The notes beneath the pieces are model-generated. The model worked only from the letters and a program-made list of their open reading frames with translations, had not been told where the DNA came from and did not search any database. Below are positions 43,366 through 51,721 of a stretch of DNA of 63,913 nt, one piece after another. The stretch spans positions 1 through 63,913 of IMG/VR virus record IMGVR_UViG_3300048918_000192, one strand, 5' to 3'. The stretch is from a virus. How positions within the stretch are numbered: the stretch's first letter is position 1; each line of letters opens with the position of its first letter. Made by a program: the position numbers and the translations under genes.

Positions 43366-44094
43366 ATGACTATCGTGGAAAAGATCAAGGCGCTTCTCGC
43401 TAAAGCTGCCTCTTCTGATCACCAAGCCGAAGCGGAGGTATTTCTCGCTAAGGCACATGAGCTGATGGAAAAGCACCAGCTCGATGCAGCGGACCTCGAA
43501 ACCGACGATCCAGTCGATGGTGAGGAATACTACACGAAGGGCAACGTCAAGGCTGCGCCCGACTGGGACTTCATGCTTATCTTCGCGGTGGCGAAGTATT
43601 TCGGATGCAAGGCTTGCCGGAACTTTACGAAGGACGGCAAGTGGACAATGGACCTTGTCGGTCGCGAGTCCGCCCGCGTCACCGCCAAAGCGATGCACGA
43701 GTACCTCGTCAAGACTGTGCGTAGGCTTGGACGGGAAGCTGCTGGCACCCGCGAGTTCAAGATCTACAAGGAGGACAAGCACTTCGGCGGTCATTATTGG
43801 ACTGGCGAGTACATGAACGCCGATCAGGCTTCGCGCCGTATCGGTAACGCCCTCCGTTCGCGCCTCAACGAGCTCGCTGCGACGCTGCATAAGCCGGAGC
43901 CGACCACTCCGTCGGGTAAGAACGCTCTCGTTACCATCGACCGCGTCCTTGCCGTCTACAACGAGCGCAACCCGAACGCGACTAACATCGGCGGACCGGG
44001 CTATCGCACGACGGGCAACGCTCGGAAGATCGCTGCTGGCATCGGACTTAACCTCCAGACCGGCGGGTCGTCTGGCGTAAAGCAGCTCACGTGA
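43366..44094 (+). CDS. DUF2786-domain protein
   Basis: 242 aa. The N-terminal IVEKIKALLAKAASSDHQAEAEVFLAKAHELMEKHQL fits the DUF2786 pattern. Confidence 0.6.
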   Translation: MTIVEKIKALLAKAASSDHQAEAEVFLAKAHELMEKHQLDAADLETDDPVDGEEYYTKGNVKAAPDWDFMLIFAVAKYFGCKACRNFTKDGKWTMDLVGRESARVTAKAMHEYLVKTVRRLGREAAGTREFKIYKEDKHFGGHYWTGEYMNADQASRRIGNALRSRLNELAATLHKPEPTTPSGKNALVTIDRVLAVYNERNPNATNIGGPGYRTTGNARKIAAGIGLNLQTGGSSGVKQLT

Positions 44095-44519
44095 GACTGC
44101 CTATCCTGGAGCGAGCATTGGTCGTTCTGCGGCCAACTACGGAGGGAAAGGGGCTGTGCTTTCACTGGAGCGCAGCCCTAGCTCTCGACGTTCCCGACAT
44201 GGAGCTCTGCATTGGCATTCTCCACGAGCAGCTCATTCACGCCTGGTGCGAGTACAAGGACCACGTTTACGCACCGACTCTTATCGATAAGATGGGTGGG
44301 CAGCTCTTGCCTATTCCGACCGCGTTCTACTACACCGAGAACAAGGTGCGCGAGGTCAAGCGACTCAGCCACGCTCAGGTTACTGCCATTCGTGGCGTAC
44401 ACCGTCACCTGACCACAGGTAAGCCGCTCGGTCCCGATCGCGCACTAGGCGACGAGCTTATGACGCTAGCTGGTATTCAATGGCGCTCGACCCCTGCGGG
44501 CACGGCGATAGCGATATGA
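44091..44519 (+). CDS. Hypothetical protein
   Basis: 142 aa with a GTGA overlap. Confidence 0.5.
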   Translation: MRLPILERALVVLRPTTEGKGLCFHWSAALALDVPDMELCIGILHEQLIHAWCEYKDHVYAPTLIDKMGGQLLPIPTAFYYTENKVREVKRLSHAQVTAIRGVHRHLTTGKPLGPDRALGDELMTLAGIQWRSTPAGTAIAI

Positions 44520-44728
44520 AAGCGGGCACATACATCCCGACCAATAAAGAGGGCTGGTGGGGAACGCCAGATACTCGGCTGCGCTGCAAGGCGGATAACA
44601 AGGTCGTATTCTTCTCTGAGCGTGACGCAGAGATATCCGCCAAGCGAGCAACAGGTCGTGGAACGCCCATGCACCATTATCTCGGCAAGTGTGGTCATTG
44701 GCATACTTCTCGGACTCGGGTCAAGTAG
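44516..44728 (+). CDS. Small Cys/His-containing protein
   Basis: 70 aa with an ATGA overlap. It has C...HHYLGKCGHWH. Confidence 0.5.
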   Translation: MKAGTYIPTNKEGWWGTPDTRLRCKADNKVVFFSERDAEISAKRATGRGTPMHHYLGKCGHWHTSRTRVK

Positions 44729-44787
44729 AGCGATGCAACTTCTATTCCCCTTGTGCGTTGTGCGCATATCCAACGAGGAGAATGCTC

Positions 44788-44907
44788 ATGGCAGAGAAGC
44801 ACGGCGATTCGTTCGCACAGGGGACGCAGAGCGCTCCCGCCAAGGAAGTCAACAAGGACATGAAACAGGCCGGTCTCAAGGACACGCCCAAACCGAAGTC
44901 CAAGTAA
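44788..44907 (+). CDS. Small basic protein (39 aa)
   Basis: GAGGAG lies 7 nt upstream of the ATG. A terminator follows. Confidence 0.4.
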   Translation: MAEKHGDSFAQGTQSAPAKEVNKDMKQAGLKDTPKPKSK

Positions 44908-44925
44908 CCGACTTCTCTCGATTAA

Positions 44926-44956
44926 GGGGTCTCCGTTCGACGGGGACCCCTTTTTT
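44926..44956 (+). terminator. Rho-independent terminator
   Basis: The stem GGGGTCTCCG / CGGGGACCCC has one U.G pair and a TTCGA loop. It is followed by TTTTTT. Confidence 0.8.
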
Positions 44957-44961
44957 GTGGC

Positions 44962-44990
44962 TTGTAACATCCAAAGCCTACGGCTACAGT
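44962..44990 (+). promoter_or_regulatory. Candidate promoter TTGTAA-N17-TACAGT
   Basis: It lies immediately after the terminator and 28 nt upstream of the ATG at 45018. Confidence 0.4.
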
Positions 44991-45017
44991 TATTAACTAG
45001 AGGGAAAGGGGCAATTC

Positions 45018-45239
45018 ATGAAAGTTTTCTTGCTCGGCCAGCGTCTCCGCTTTAGCTACACGAACCATCGCGAGGAGACCGAAGTCCGTACCGTTCAGTT
45101 CGAGGGCCTCGACTACGGGGACAACGAATGGTATCCAGACCGCCAATGGTTCCTGCGCGGGTTCGACGAGTCCCGCAACGCTCACCGGAGCTTTGCCCTT
45201 GCCAGAATTGACGGGGACGAGATCGAGGTAGTCGGTTAA
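45018..45239 (+). CDS. Stand-alone WYL-like domain protein (candidate)
   Basis: 73 aa. QWFLRGFDESRNAHRSFALARI resembles the W[YF]L...R.F...RI core of WYL domains. Confidence 0.4.
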   Translation: MKVFLLGQRLRFSYTNHREETEVRTVQFEGLDYGDNEWYPDRQWFLRGFDESRNAHRSFALARIDGDEIEVVG

Positions 45240-45511
45240 TGGCTGTCGGAGTCGACTTCCCCGAGTCTAATCTCAACCTCGTTGGTACGCCCGAGGATCG
45301 CGCTGCTGGCACGGTCTATGACCTTCACGCGCATCGCTACCAAGATCTGGACGGTAACTGGCACGTCATAACGAAGTGGCGGTTCAGCCCTGAGGAGCTC
45401 GAAGAGGTCCGTCGGACTGGGGCAGTCTGGCTCACCTGTTGGGGTAAGACGCAACCGCCCATCCTTGTGATGGGTAACTATCCGTTTGTGACGAAGGAGA
45501 CCAAAGGGTGA
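45239..45511 (+). CDS. Hypothetical protein
   Basis: 90 aa with a TAATG overlap. Confidence 0.5.
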   Translation: MAVGVDFPESNLNLVGTPEDRAAGTVYDLHAHRYQDLDGNWHVITKWRFSPEELEEVRRTGAVWLTCWGKTQPPILVMGNYPFVTKETKG

Positions 45512-46008
45512 TAGGTAACTTCCAACTAGGCAGCCGTGTCTGGCCGGGCCTAGCCAAGCTGCTTGAGGAAGCAGGTGAGGTCTCCGAAATCGGAGGTAAG
45601 ATCGTTGGCAACGATGGCAAGCACATCCATTACGATGGAACGCGCCTGGACGTCCGCATAGCCGAGGAGGTTGCGGACCTCTCTGCCGCCTGTCGCGCCT
45701 TCTTCCAGCTTAACGGATACGATGGTGCTCCATGGGTCTTGCGCCGCGAGATCGATAAGTACAGCAAGTTCCTTCGCTGGCACAATGAGAACCTCGAGGA
45801 CAAGCCAGACGAGATTACTCAAATGGACCACGGGCTGATCGGTCGCGTTGGACGCCGTGTTGGACGCTTTCTTGGCGTGGGCAGCGATGCGCACTATCAG
45901 ATCTACTGGTCGTGGCGTGTGTACCCGCAAGCGATGTTCCATACATTGTTCATTGGCGTGATGCTCGGTGCGCTGCCCGGTATCGCTCTATTCGTGTTTA
46001 CGCGATGA
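45508..46008 (+). CDS. MazG-like domain protein with a C-terminal transmembrane helix
   Basis: 166 aa with a GTG start. It has LLEEAGEVSE...IAEEVADL (EExxE...EExxD). The C-terminus is FIGVMLGALPGIALFVF. Confidence 0.45.
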   Translation: MIGNFQLGSRVWPGLAKLLEEAGEVSEIGGKIVGNDGKHIHYDGTRLDVRIAEEVADLSAACRAFFQLNGYDGAPWVLRREIDKYSKFLRWHNENLEDKPDEITQMDHGLIGRVGRRVGRFLGVGSDAHYQIYWSWRVYPQAMFHTLFIGVMLGALPGIALFVFTR

Positions 46009-46223
46009 GGTACGGTATCGTCCGCCGCCCGTATGGGCTAGCAGTTCTTGATCGTGAGACGGGACTTGCAGAGCATATTAGTTCCGAGCTAGTGAACCTC
46101 CTTGACATGAGCAAGGTTGAGCCGCTACGCCGTAGCCCGCCAACCTATGTCGAGCCCTACACGCTAGCTGAAAGCGTCAAACGGGCAGACGAAGCCTCAC
46201 GACGGAAGTGGAAGCGCAAATGA
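46005..46223 (+). CDS. Hypothetical protein
   Basis: 72 aa with an ATGA overlap. Confidence 0.45.
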   Translation: MRYGIVRRPYGLAVLDRETGLAEHISSELVNLLDMSKVEPLRRSPPTYVEPYTLAESVKRADEASRRKWKRK

Positions 46224-46618
46224 ATGACCCGATCAATCCTGCCCATTACGACGGAACCGCTTGCGCTCAGATCGGGGAGCGCCTGACAGGGAACAGCTAC
46301 CAAGTCTTGAAGTATAACTGGCGGCTTGGAAAGAAGGACGACCCTGTCATTGAGGTGGGCAAGTCCATCTGGTATCTCGACCGCGAGATCCTTATCGCGG
46401 GGCAAGGGTTCATGCCTACGCAGCGACTTCCTGACGATCTGTGGTTTCAGTCCATGCTTATGGGCGTCGACGACTTCGTCAACTACGTCGCCTGGCGCCT
46501 TATCGCGTGGAACCGCAAGCGCGAGATCGATGAGCTCATTATCCTGCGCAACGCCTTGATCGAACGGCGGGCTAAGCTCGAGCAGGAAGCTACAGGTCAA
46601 GGGACAATGGCAATATGA
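46220..46618 (+). CDS. DUF3310-family protein
   Basis: The sequence INPAHYDG...VLKYNWRLGKKDD...GKSIWYLDREI matches the DUF3310 pattern. The start has an ATGA overlap. Confidence 0.6.
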   Translation: MNDPINPAHYDGTACAQIGERLTGNSYQVLKYNWRLGKKDDPVIEVGKSIWYLDREILIAGQGFMPTQRLPDDLWFQSMLMGVDDFVNYVAWRLIAWNRKREIDELIILRNALIERRAKLEQEATGQGTMAI

Positions 46619-46860
46619 GCCAGACCAAGAGAGCTAGCTTTGTCGAAGCCATTACGAACACGTCCGTCGGTCTACTGATCGCTTTCGCTGCCCAATGGTT
46701 TATCTGTTGGGTCTACGGCATCAAGCTAACGCCGCACGACAACGGCATTATCGTGTTCTGGATGACTGTGCTTAGCGTAGTTCGCTCCTACGTTGTCCGC
46801 CGCGTATTCAATCGCAAGACCGACTCTCGCTATATAGATGAGGCGTATGACTCGTATTAA
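46615..46860 (+). CDS. Small membrane protein
   Basis: 81 aa with two hydrophobic helices. Confidence 0.5.
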   Translation: MSQTKRASFVEAITNTSVGLLIAFAAQWFICWVYGIKLTPHDNGIIVFWMTVLSVVRSYVVRRVFNRKTDSRYIDEAYDSY

Positions 46861-47278
46861 CCTGATTCCGCCCAGCGAGCTCATGGACCAGCATCTCTTT
46901 GCTGAGTGGCGTGAAATTAAGATGGTTCCGCAATCGTTGAAGCGCTCCCTCGCGGCCCGCGGGGAAGCAGGCGTCCTGCTTATGGTGCCGCCGACGTTTC
47001 GACTTAACACAGGACACGTTTCGTTCTTCTACGACAAGGGCGTCTATCTCCGAAACAGATACAAGGCCCTAACTGATGAGATCCTTGATAGGGGTGTTCA
47101 TACTATCGATCGTGCTGCTGAGCTTGACACAGAGCGAATCTATTTCAATCTGCCTAAAGCGTTTCACCGTGACTACGATCCTACACCCGAAGCATGTGCT
47201 ATCGTGCGTGAACGAATCGCTCTACGGATAAGCGAACGACCGAACTGGTATCGCTATAAGGGGCGCATCTGTGGTTAA
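46847..47278 (+). CDS. denV: Pyrimidine-dimer DNA glycosylase (T4 endonuclease V family)
   Basis: MTRINLIPPSELMDQHLFAEWREIKMVP compares with T4 DenV [27 protein letters not shown]. The start is set at MTRINL because the N-terminal Thr2 amine is catalytic in T4 DenV. Confidence 0.8.
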   Translation: MTRINLIPPSELMDQHLFAEWREIKMVPQSLKRSLAARGEAGVLLMVPPTFRLNTGHVSFFYDKGVYLRNRYKALTDEILDRGVHTIDRAAELDTERIYFNLPKAFHRDYDPTPEACAIVRERIALRISERPNWYRYKGRICG

Positions 47279-47741
47279 CCCTCGAACCAAGGGCGCCGAG
47301 GGCGAGCGTCAGGTGTATAAGATGTTAAACCAGATCATCGTCGAGGTGATGACTGGACTAGCGTACCCTGCCGAGGAAATCGAAAAAGCGAAAACGATGG
47401 TTCAGCGCAACCAGAACCAGACGGCTGTCGGCGGGTGCGACCTCACTAATACGTTTGGCATCGCATTCGAGGTGAAACGTCAAGAGCAGCTTGCCATCCC
47501 TGAGTGGTGGCGTCAGGTGACTAAAGCTGCGGAGAAGAACAACGAGCTACCTGTGCTCATATTCCGTCAGAACAATAAAGCGTGGCGGATACGCACATAC
47601 GGCTTTCTCCATACGCCTGGACCGAACGGCGGGTGGGGTAGCGTCCAAGGTATCGTCGAAATTGACGAGCCGACCTTTAAGCAGTGGTTCAGAGCATGGG
47701 TCACTGGCAAACTTCAAAACGGAGCGGAGTACAGAACATGA
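47271..47741 (+). CDS. PD-(D/E)XK Holliday-junction resolvase-like nuclease (Hjc-like)
   Basis: 156 aa. It has KGAEGERQV...GGCDL...AFEVKRQ (D...ExK). Confidence 0.5.
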   Translation: MVNPRTKGAEGERQVYKMLNQIIVEVMTGLAYPAEEIEKAKTMVQRNQNQTAVGGCDLTNTFGIAFEVKRQEQLAIPEWWRQVTKAAEKNNELPVLIFRQNNKAWRIRTYGFLHTPGPNGGWGSVQGIVEIDEPTFKQWFRAWVTGKLQNGAEYRT

Positions 47742-47950
47742 GTGACCACGATGGCAGCGTCAGAAAGGCTGGCGAGCTAGTCGCCTTCGTTAAGGAGTGC
47801 GTCGAGAACCATGGCGCGACTCCTCATACCGAGGTCTATGTCCGCAGGGGCAAGGATGGTCCGATGGAGCGTATTGCTCAAGTTAAGATGATGCGCGACG
47901 ACCGCGGGCAAGCGATCATCCTCGAAACCTCAACGGTACTGGTCTCGTGA
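47738..47950 (+). CDS. Hypothetical protein
   Basis: 70 aa with an ATGA overlap. Confidence 0.5.
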   Translation: MSDHDGSVRKAGELVAFVKECVENHGATPHTEVYVRRGKDGPMERIAQVKMMRDDRGQAIILETSTVLVS

Positions 47951-48210
47951 GTGATGTCCCGCCCCGCGAGCTCTCCATTGAGCTACATGACCCGAACTAT
48001 CATCCTTGTTATACTCGGGTTGGCGTTCGTGTTGATGGTGTCGAGCGAAACGATATTGCGTACTATAACTTGGATAACCTCTCGTACAAGACGAATCGGG
48101 ATACCTCGCACCTCGCCACGAGTATCGAGCCTTATTGGCGTTATCCCGCGAGCCGACAGCAACGCCGTTTCGAGGAGCGGTGGGAAAGGAAGCACAACCA
48201 TGAAGTTTGA
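47947..48210 (+). CDS. Hypothetical protein
   Basis: 87 aa with a GTGA overlap. Confidence 0.45.
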   Translation: MSDVPPRELSIELHDPNYHPCYTRVGVRVDGVERNDIAYYNLDNLSYKTNRDTSHLATSIEPYWRYPASRQQRRFEERWERKHNHEV

Positions 48211-48487
48211 AGCTGCACTCAAAAGGTGCCAGGAGCTCGATCGGATTATGAACGAGCATGGCAATACGGCCACCCGAGCGTCGCAGACGTACACTGCAAC
48301 CATGACGCTCTTCAACGTAGCCGCTGACGCGGGCGACGAAGAGTCTATGCAGAAGCACAGGGACACGCTTCACACTTGTATCGACTCGATCTGCGATGCC
48401 GGCGCTATGCTTGCCAAGCTGCAGAAAGAGAAGTACGAAGTGGCGCAGAGCGCTGAAATGCCGAGCGGTGGATTTCCGTTCAACTGA
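48200..48487 (+). CDS. Hypothetical protein
   Basis: 95 aa counted from the internal ATG of ORF 47951..48487. It overlaps the upstream gene by 11 nt. Confidence 0.45.
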   Translation: MKFEAALKRCQELDRIMNEHGNTATRASQTYTATMTLFNVAADAGDEESMQKHRDTLHTCIDSICDAGAMLAKLQKEKYEVAQSAEMPSGGFPFN

Positions 48488-48553
48488 CGTAAAATAAATG
48501 TTGCGTCAAGTGGACCTATGTGCAATAAGGTGCGCATAGCAAGGAGACAGTTT

Positions 48554-50113
48554 GTGGGAAATCTAGGCGTAGACGTTAGCGGGGTTGCTCCGTTCGAGGG
48601 CGTGGGCAACATTGAGGACGAGCCGCGGGACACCTCGCGCAAGTGGAGCTCGTTCCAAACGTCCATCTTCGCGTTCGTCGAAACGGGGACGGGCAACGCT
48701 ATCGTGGAAGCGGTTGCGGGTTCCGGCAAGTCGACCACCATCGTTGAGGCGATGAAGCTGGTCCGCGGGTCGTCGCTGTTCCTCGCGTTCAACAAAGCGA
48801 TCGCAGACGAGTTGAAGAAGCGGGGCGTCAACGCTCGCACGTTCCACTCGCTCTGCTGGTCCGCTGTGCTCCGCGCAACCAATGCGGTTCTCGAGCAGGA
48901 CAAGCTGAAGAAGCTCCTCAAAGAGAACGTCGGGCTTGACGGGGACGAGACTACCATCTCCGCCTACGAAGAGCGCATCTATCGTTCGTTCGCTATGCGC
49001 TTGGTCGGTCTCGCTAAGCAGGTCGGCATGGGCTTCCTGACAACTGATACGCTGGAAGCGTGGATCGACATCTGCAACCACCACGATATCGAGCCGGAGA
49101 CGGAAGGTGCGTCGTTCGAGCGTGGTATCCAGATCGCTCGGATGCTGCTTGCTTGGTCCAACGCGGATAACCGTCGCGTCGACTTCGACGACATGCTGTT
49201 TATCGCTGTCCGCGACCGTCTCACCCTGCCCAAGTTCGACTTCGTATTCGTAGACGAAGCGCAGGACACGAACATGATCCAGCGCGAAATCCTGCGCATG
49301 ATAATGCGTCCGAACTCCCGCATGGTCGCAGTCGGTGACCCCGCGCAAGCCATCTACGGGTTCCGCGGAGCAGACGCCCGCTCGCTGCATATGATTGCAG
49401 AGGAGTTCAACGCTGTCACGCTCCCGCTGAGCATCAGCTACCGTTGCGCCTCAAGTGTGGTCAAGTACGCCCAACAGTGGGTTGACCACATTCAAGCGCG
49501 GGACAATGCGCCTGAGGGTGTCGTCGAGCATAAGGACTACGATTGGTCGCCTGAGGACTTCGCTCCAAATGACCTCGTTGTCTGCCGCAAGACCGCCCCG
49601 CTTATCAGCCTGGCGTTTAAGTGCATCCGGTTCAACGTGCCCGCACAGGTTATGGGCCGCGATATCGGGCAGGGCCTCAAGGCGCTCATTAAGAAGATGA
49701 ATGCGTCGAACATCGATATTCTGGTGCAGAAGCTCAACGCCTACATGGAGCGTGAGATTGCTAAAGCTCTGGCGGACGATAACGACCGTCTGGTTGAGCA
49801 GATCCAAGACAAGGTCGGTTCGCTGCTGTTCCTCATTGACGCGCTCCGCGAGGACCGCCGCAATCTAGAGGGGCTCGAGGTTGGTATCGATTACTTGTTC
49901 AAGGACAAGGCCAATTCCGTCAAGCTCGCTACTATCCACAAGTCGAAGGGCTTGGAAGCTGATACCGTGTGGTGGCTGGGCCGTTCTGAGTGCCCGGCGC
50001 AGTGGGCTTCTCAGCCTTGGCAGAAGCAGGAGGAAATTCACCTCTGCTATGTCGCCGCCACCCGCGCGAAGAATGCGCTTTATCTAATTGAAGACGGTAG
50101 CGACGAAGCGTAG
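48554..50113 (+). CDS. UvrD/PcrA-like SF1 DNA helicase
   Basis: The GTG start lies 7 nt after AAGGAG. Walker A is AVAGSGKST and Walker B is FVFVDEAQDT. It also has VGDPAQAIYGFRGA and TIHKSKGLE. Confidence 0.75.
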   Translation: MGNLGVDVSGVAPFEGVGNIEDEPRDTSRKWSSFQTSIFAFVETGTGNAIVEAVAGSGKSTTIVEAMKLVRGSSLFLAFNKAIADELKKRGVNARTFHSLCWSAVLRATNAVLEQDKLKKLLKENVGLDGDETTISAYEERIYRSFAMRLVGLAKQVGMGFLTTDTLEAWIDICNHHDIEPETEGASFERGIQIARMLLAWSNADNRRVDFDDMLFIAVRDRLTLPKFDFVFVDEAQDTNMIQREILRMIMRPNSRMVAVGDPAQAIYGFRGADARSLHMIAEEFNAVTLPLSISYRCASSVVKYAQQWVDHIQARDNAPEGVVEHKDYDWSPEDFAPNDLVVCRKTAPLISLAFKCIRFNVPAQVMGRDIGQGLKALIKKMNASNIDILVQKLNAYMEREIAKALADDNDRLVEQIQDKVGSLLFLIDALREDRRNLEGLEVGIDYLFKDKANSVKLATIHKSKGLEADTVWWLGRSECPAQWASQPWQKQEEIHLCYVAATRAKNALYLIEDGSDEA

Positions 50114-50117
50114 TTTT

Positions 50118-50207
50118 TGCGGCCCGCGGTGAACTAAGCTGCGGGCCGCACAGCCGCCGCGCTAGGGGTGGCCGGTACAGCGCCGCCACCCATGCCGCCC
50201 CCTAGCG
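50118..50207 (+). other. Two long GC-rich hairpins after the helicase gene
   Basis: The first is TGCGGCCCGC/GCGGGCCGCA (50118-27/50141-50). The second is a 14-bp stem GCGCTAGGGGTGGC/GCCGCCCCTAGCGC (50159-72/50194-207) with one plus-strand U.G pair. Confidence 0.6.
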
Positions 50208-50319
50208 CTGCCCCCGCTGTACGGGCCCCGCAACGGCCCCTAGCTGCATATCGCTTGCAGACCTTTACGGTCATCCGTTACAGCCCAGTGCATGATAGGG
50301 CAGTAAGGGCATCTACATC

Positions 50320-50817
50320 ATGCATGTTTGGGGGAAAGCATCGCAGCAACGAATGGAAGGCCTCCATCCGGATCTGCGCAAGGTGCTCAATCGCTACATC
50401 GAAATCTCGCGGATCGATAGCACCATCATTGAGGGTGTCCGTTCCGACGAGCAGTGCTACATCAACTTCGGCAAGGGGCGCAACGCTGCTCAGTGCCAGG
50501 CGGGTGGATGCCCTGCGAAGTACGCGAGCCCGTCGTCCGCCAAGGTAACTTGGGTCGGACATGCACTATCTTCAAACCACCGCAAGAAGGCGGATGGTTA
50601 TGGGTACGCGGTAGATATGTATCCGTATCCTGTCTCTCTGGTTCTCGCTGGCAAGGAGAAGGACTGGAAACCGCTATTCAATACGATGGCGGAAGACATG
50701 AAGCAGGCGGCTAAGGACGTCGGCGTCAAGATCCGTTGGGGAGCGGATTGGGATCAAGACGGTGTTGCCCGTGAAAAGGGTGAGACCGACAATCCACACT
50801 TCGAGTTGCTCAAGTAA
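50320..50817 (+). CDS. Endolysin, peptidase M15 (VanY / L-Ala-D-Glu peptidase-like)
   Basis: 165 aa. It has EGVRSDEQC, SSNHRKKADGYGYAVD (SxHxxGxAxD) and DNPHFEL. Confidence 0.75.
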   Translation: MHVWGKASQQRMEGLHPDLRKVLNRYIEISRIDSTIIEGVRSDEQCYINFGKGRNAAQCQAGGCPAKYASPSSAKVTWVGHALSSNHRKKADGYGYAVDMYPYPVSLVLAGKEKDWKPLFNTMAEDMKQAAKDVGVKIRWGADWDQDGVAREKGETDNPHFELLK

Positions 50818-51104
50818 TGCCGTTGCTCCGTAATATCTTCAAGGGCGTTTCAGGCGAGTACGATAGTGCTCGTATCCTATTCGTCATCGGCGGGCTCAAC
50901 GGCGTTATATCGCCTGTAGGCTTTCAGATCTGGTCTATGCTCAAGGGTGAGCATTGGGATCCACTTGCGTTCTGCACTGCCTACGGCGGAATGCTCGCAG
51001 CTATCCTATCGCTCGGCGGACTTGGTATTGCGACCAAGGACAAGGGCGTGGCGAGCGCTCAGAACACAACGGCGCCGAGCCCGCCTGAAGGAGGCCAACC
51101 CTAA
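50817..51104 (+). CDS. Holin (two transmembrane helices)
   Basis: 95 aa with a TAATG overlap onto the endolysin gene. It has two hydrophobic helices and a polar C-terminus. Confidence 0.6.
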   Translation: MPLLRNIFKGVSGEYDSARILFVIGGLNGVISPVGFQIWSMLKGEHWDPLAFCTAYGGMLAAILSLGGLGIATKDKGVASAQNTTAPSPPEGGQP

Positions 51105-51721
51105 TGTTCGCTGCTATCGGTCTAGCGTGGAAGCTCGGAGGGTTCCGCGGCGTCTTCAAAATGATTCCTCGATCAGTGTGGATCGGCCTAGCTGTGGTTA
51201 TCGCAGTTATTGGTCTGGTGCTGCTTCATCAGCATAAGGTCCACAGCTTCGAAGCAACCATTCGCGCTGACGAGCGTTCCCTAGCTAACGCCGAGTGGCA
51301 GAAGAAGTTCGATACTATGCGGAAGAACGCATTGGATTGGAAAGGCAAGTATGAGACCGCTTCCGGTCAGCTTGCTACTGCTCGGAGGAACTCGTATGAA
51401 GAAGGTCTTCGCTCTGACGCTGCTCGCGCTGGCAGCTTGCTCAACAACGGGCCAGGAGCGGCTCGTTGCGGACAAGTCAATTATCCCGGAGCAAGCGCCT
51501 CCGCCAGTGGACGTAACGCGGTCAGTCGGCCCCTCGATTCTGGACTGGGCGGAATGCCTAGTGAAGGAGGGTCCGCTCTCATCGCGCTGCCATACAATGA
51601 TTTCATCTCAGTCGCAAGGCAGTGCGACGCCAACCGCTCCGAGTCATTGACCTGGAGGTCACATGATTCCGAGCAACGAGCATTGAGGGCGGGGATGCTT
51701 GCAGGACCAGAAAAGAAGTGA
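51104..51721 (+). CDS. i-spanin (Rz-like)
   Basis: 205 aa with an N-terminal TM helix and a coiled-coil periplasmic region. A lipoprotein ORF is embedded in another frame. Confidence 0.6.
   Translation: MFAAIGLAWKLGGFRGVFKMIPRSVWIGLAVVIAVIGLVLLHQHKVHSFEATIRADERSLANAEWQKKFDTMRKNALDWKGKYETASGQLATARRNSYEEGLRSDAARAGSLLNNGPGAARCGQVNYPGASASASGRNAVSRPLDSGLGGMPSEGGSALIALPYNDFISVARQCDANRSESLTWRSHDSEQRALRAGMLAGPEKK
51396..51650 (+). CDS. o-spanin (Rz1-like lipoprotein) embedded in the i-spanin gene
   Basis: MKKVFALTLLALAAC has the lipobox LAAC. The 84-aa product is Pro-rich and lies wholly inside 51104..51721 in another frame. Confidence 0.65.
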   Translation: MKKVFALTLLALAACSTTGQERLVADKSIIPEQAPPPVDVTRSVGPSILDWAECLVKEGPLSSRCHTMISSQSQGSATPTAPSH

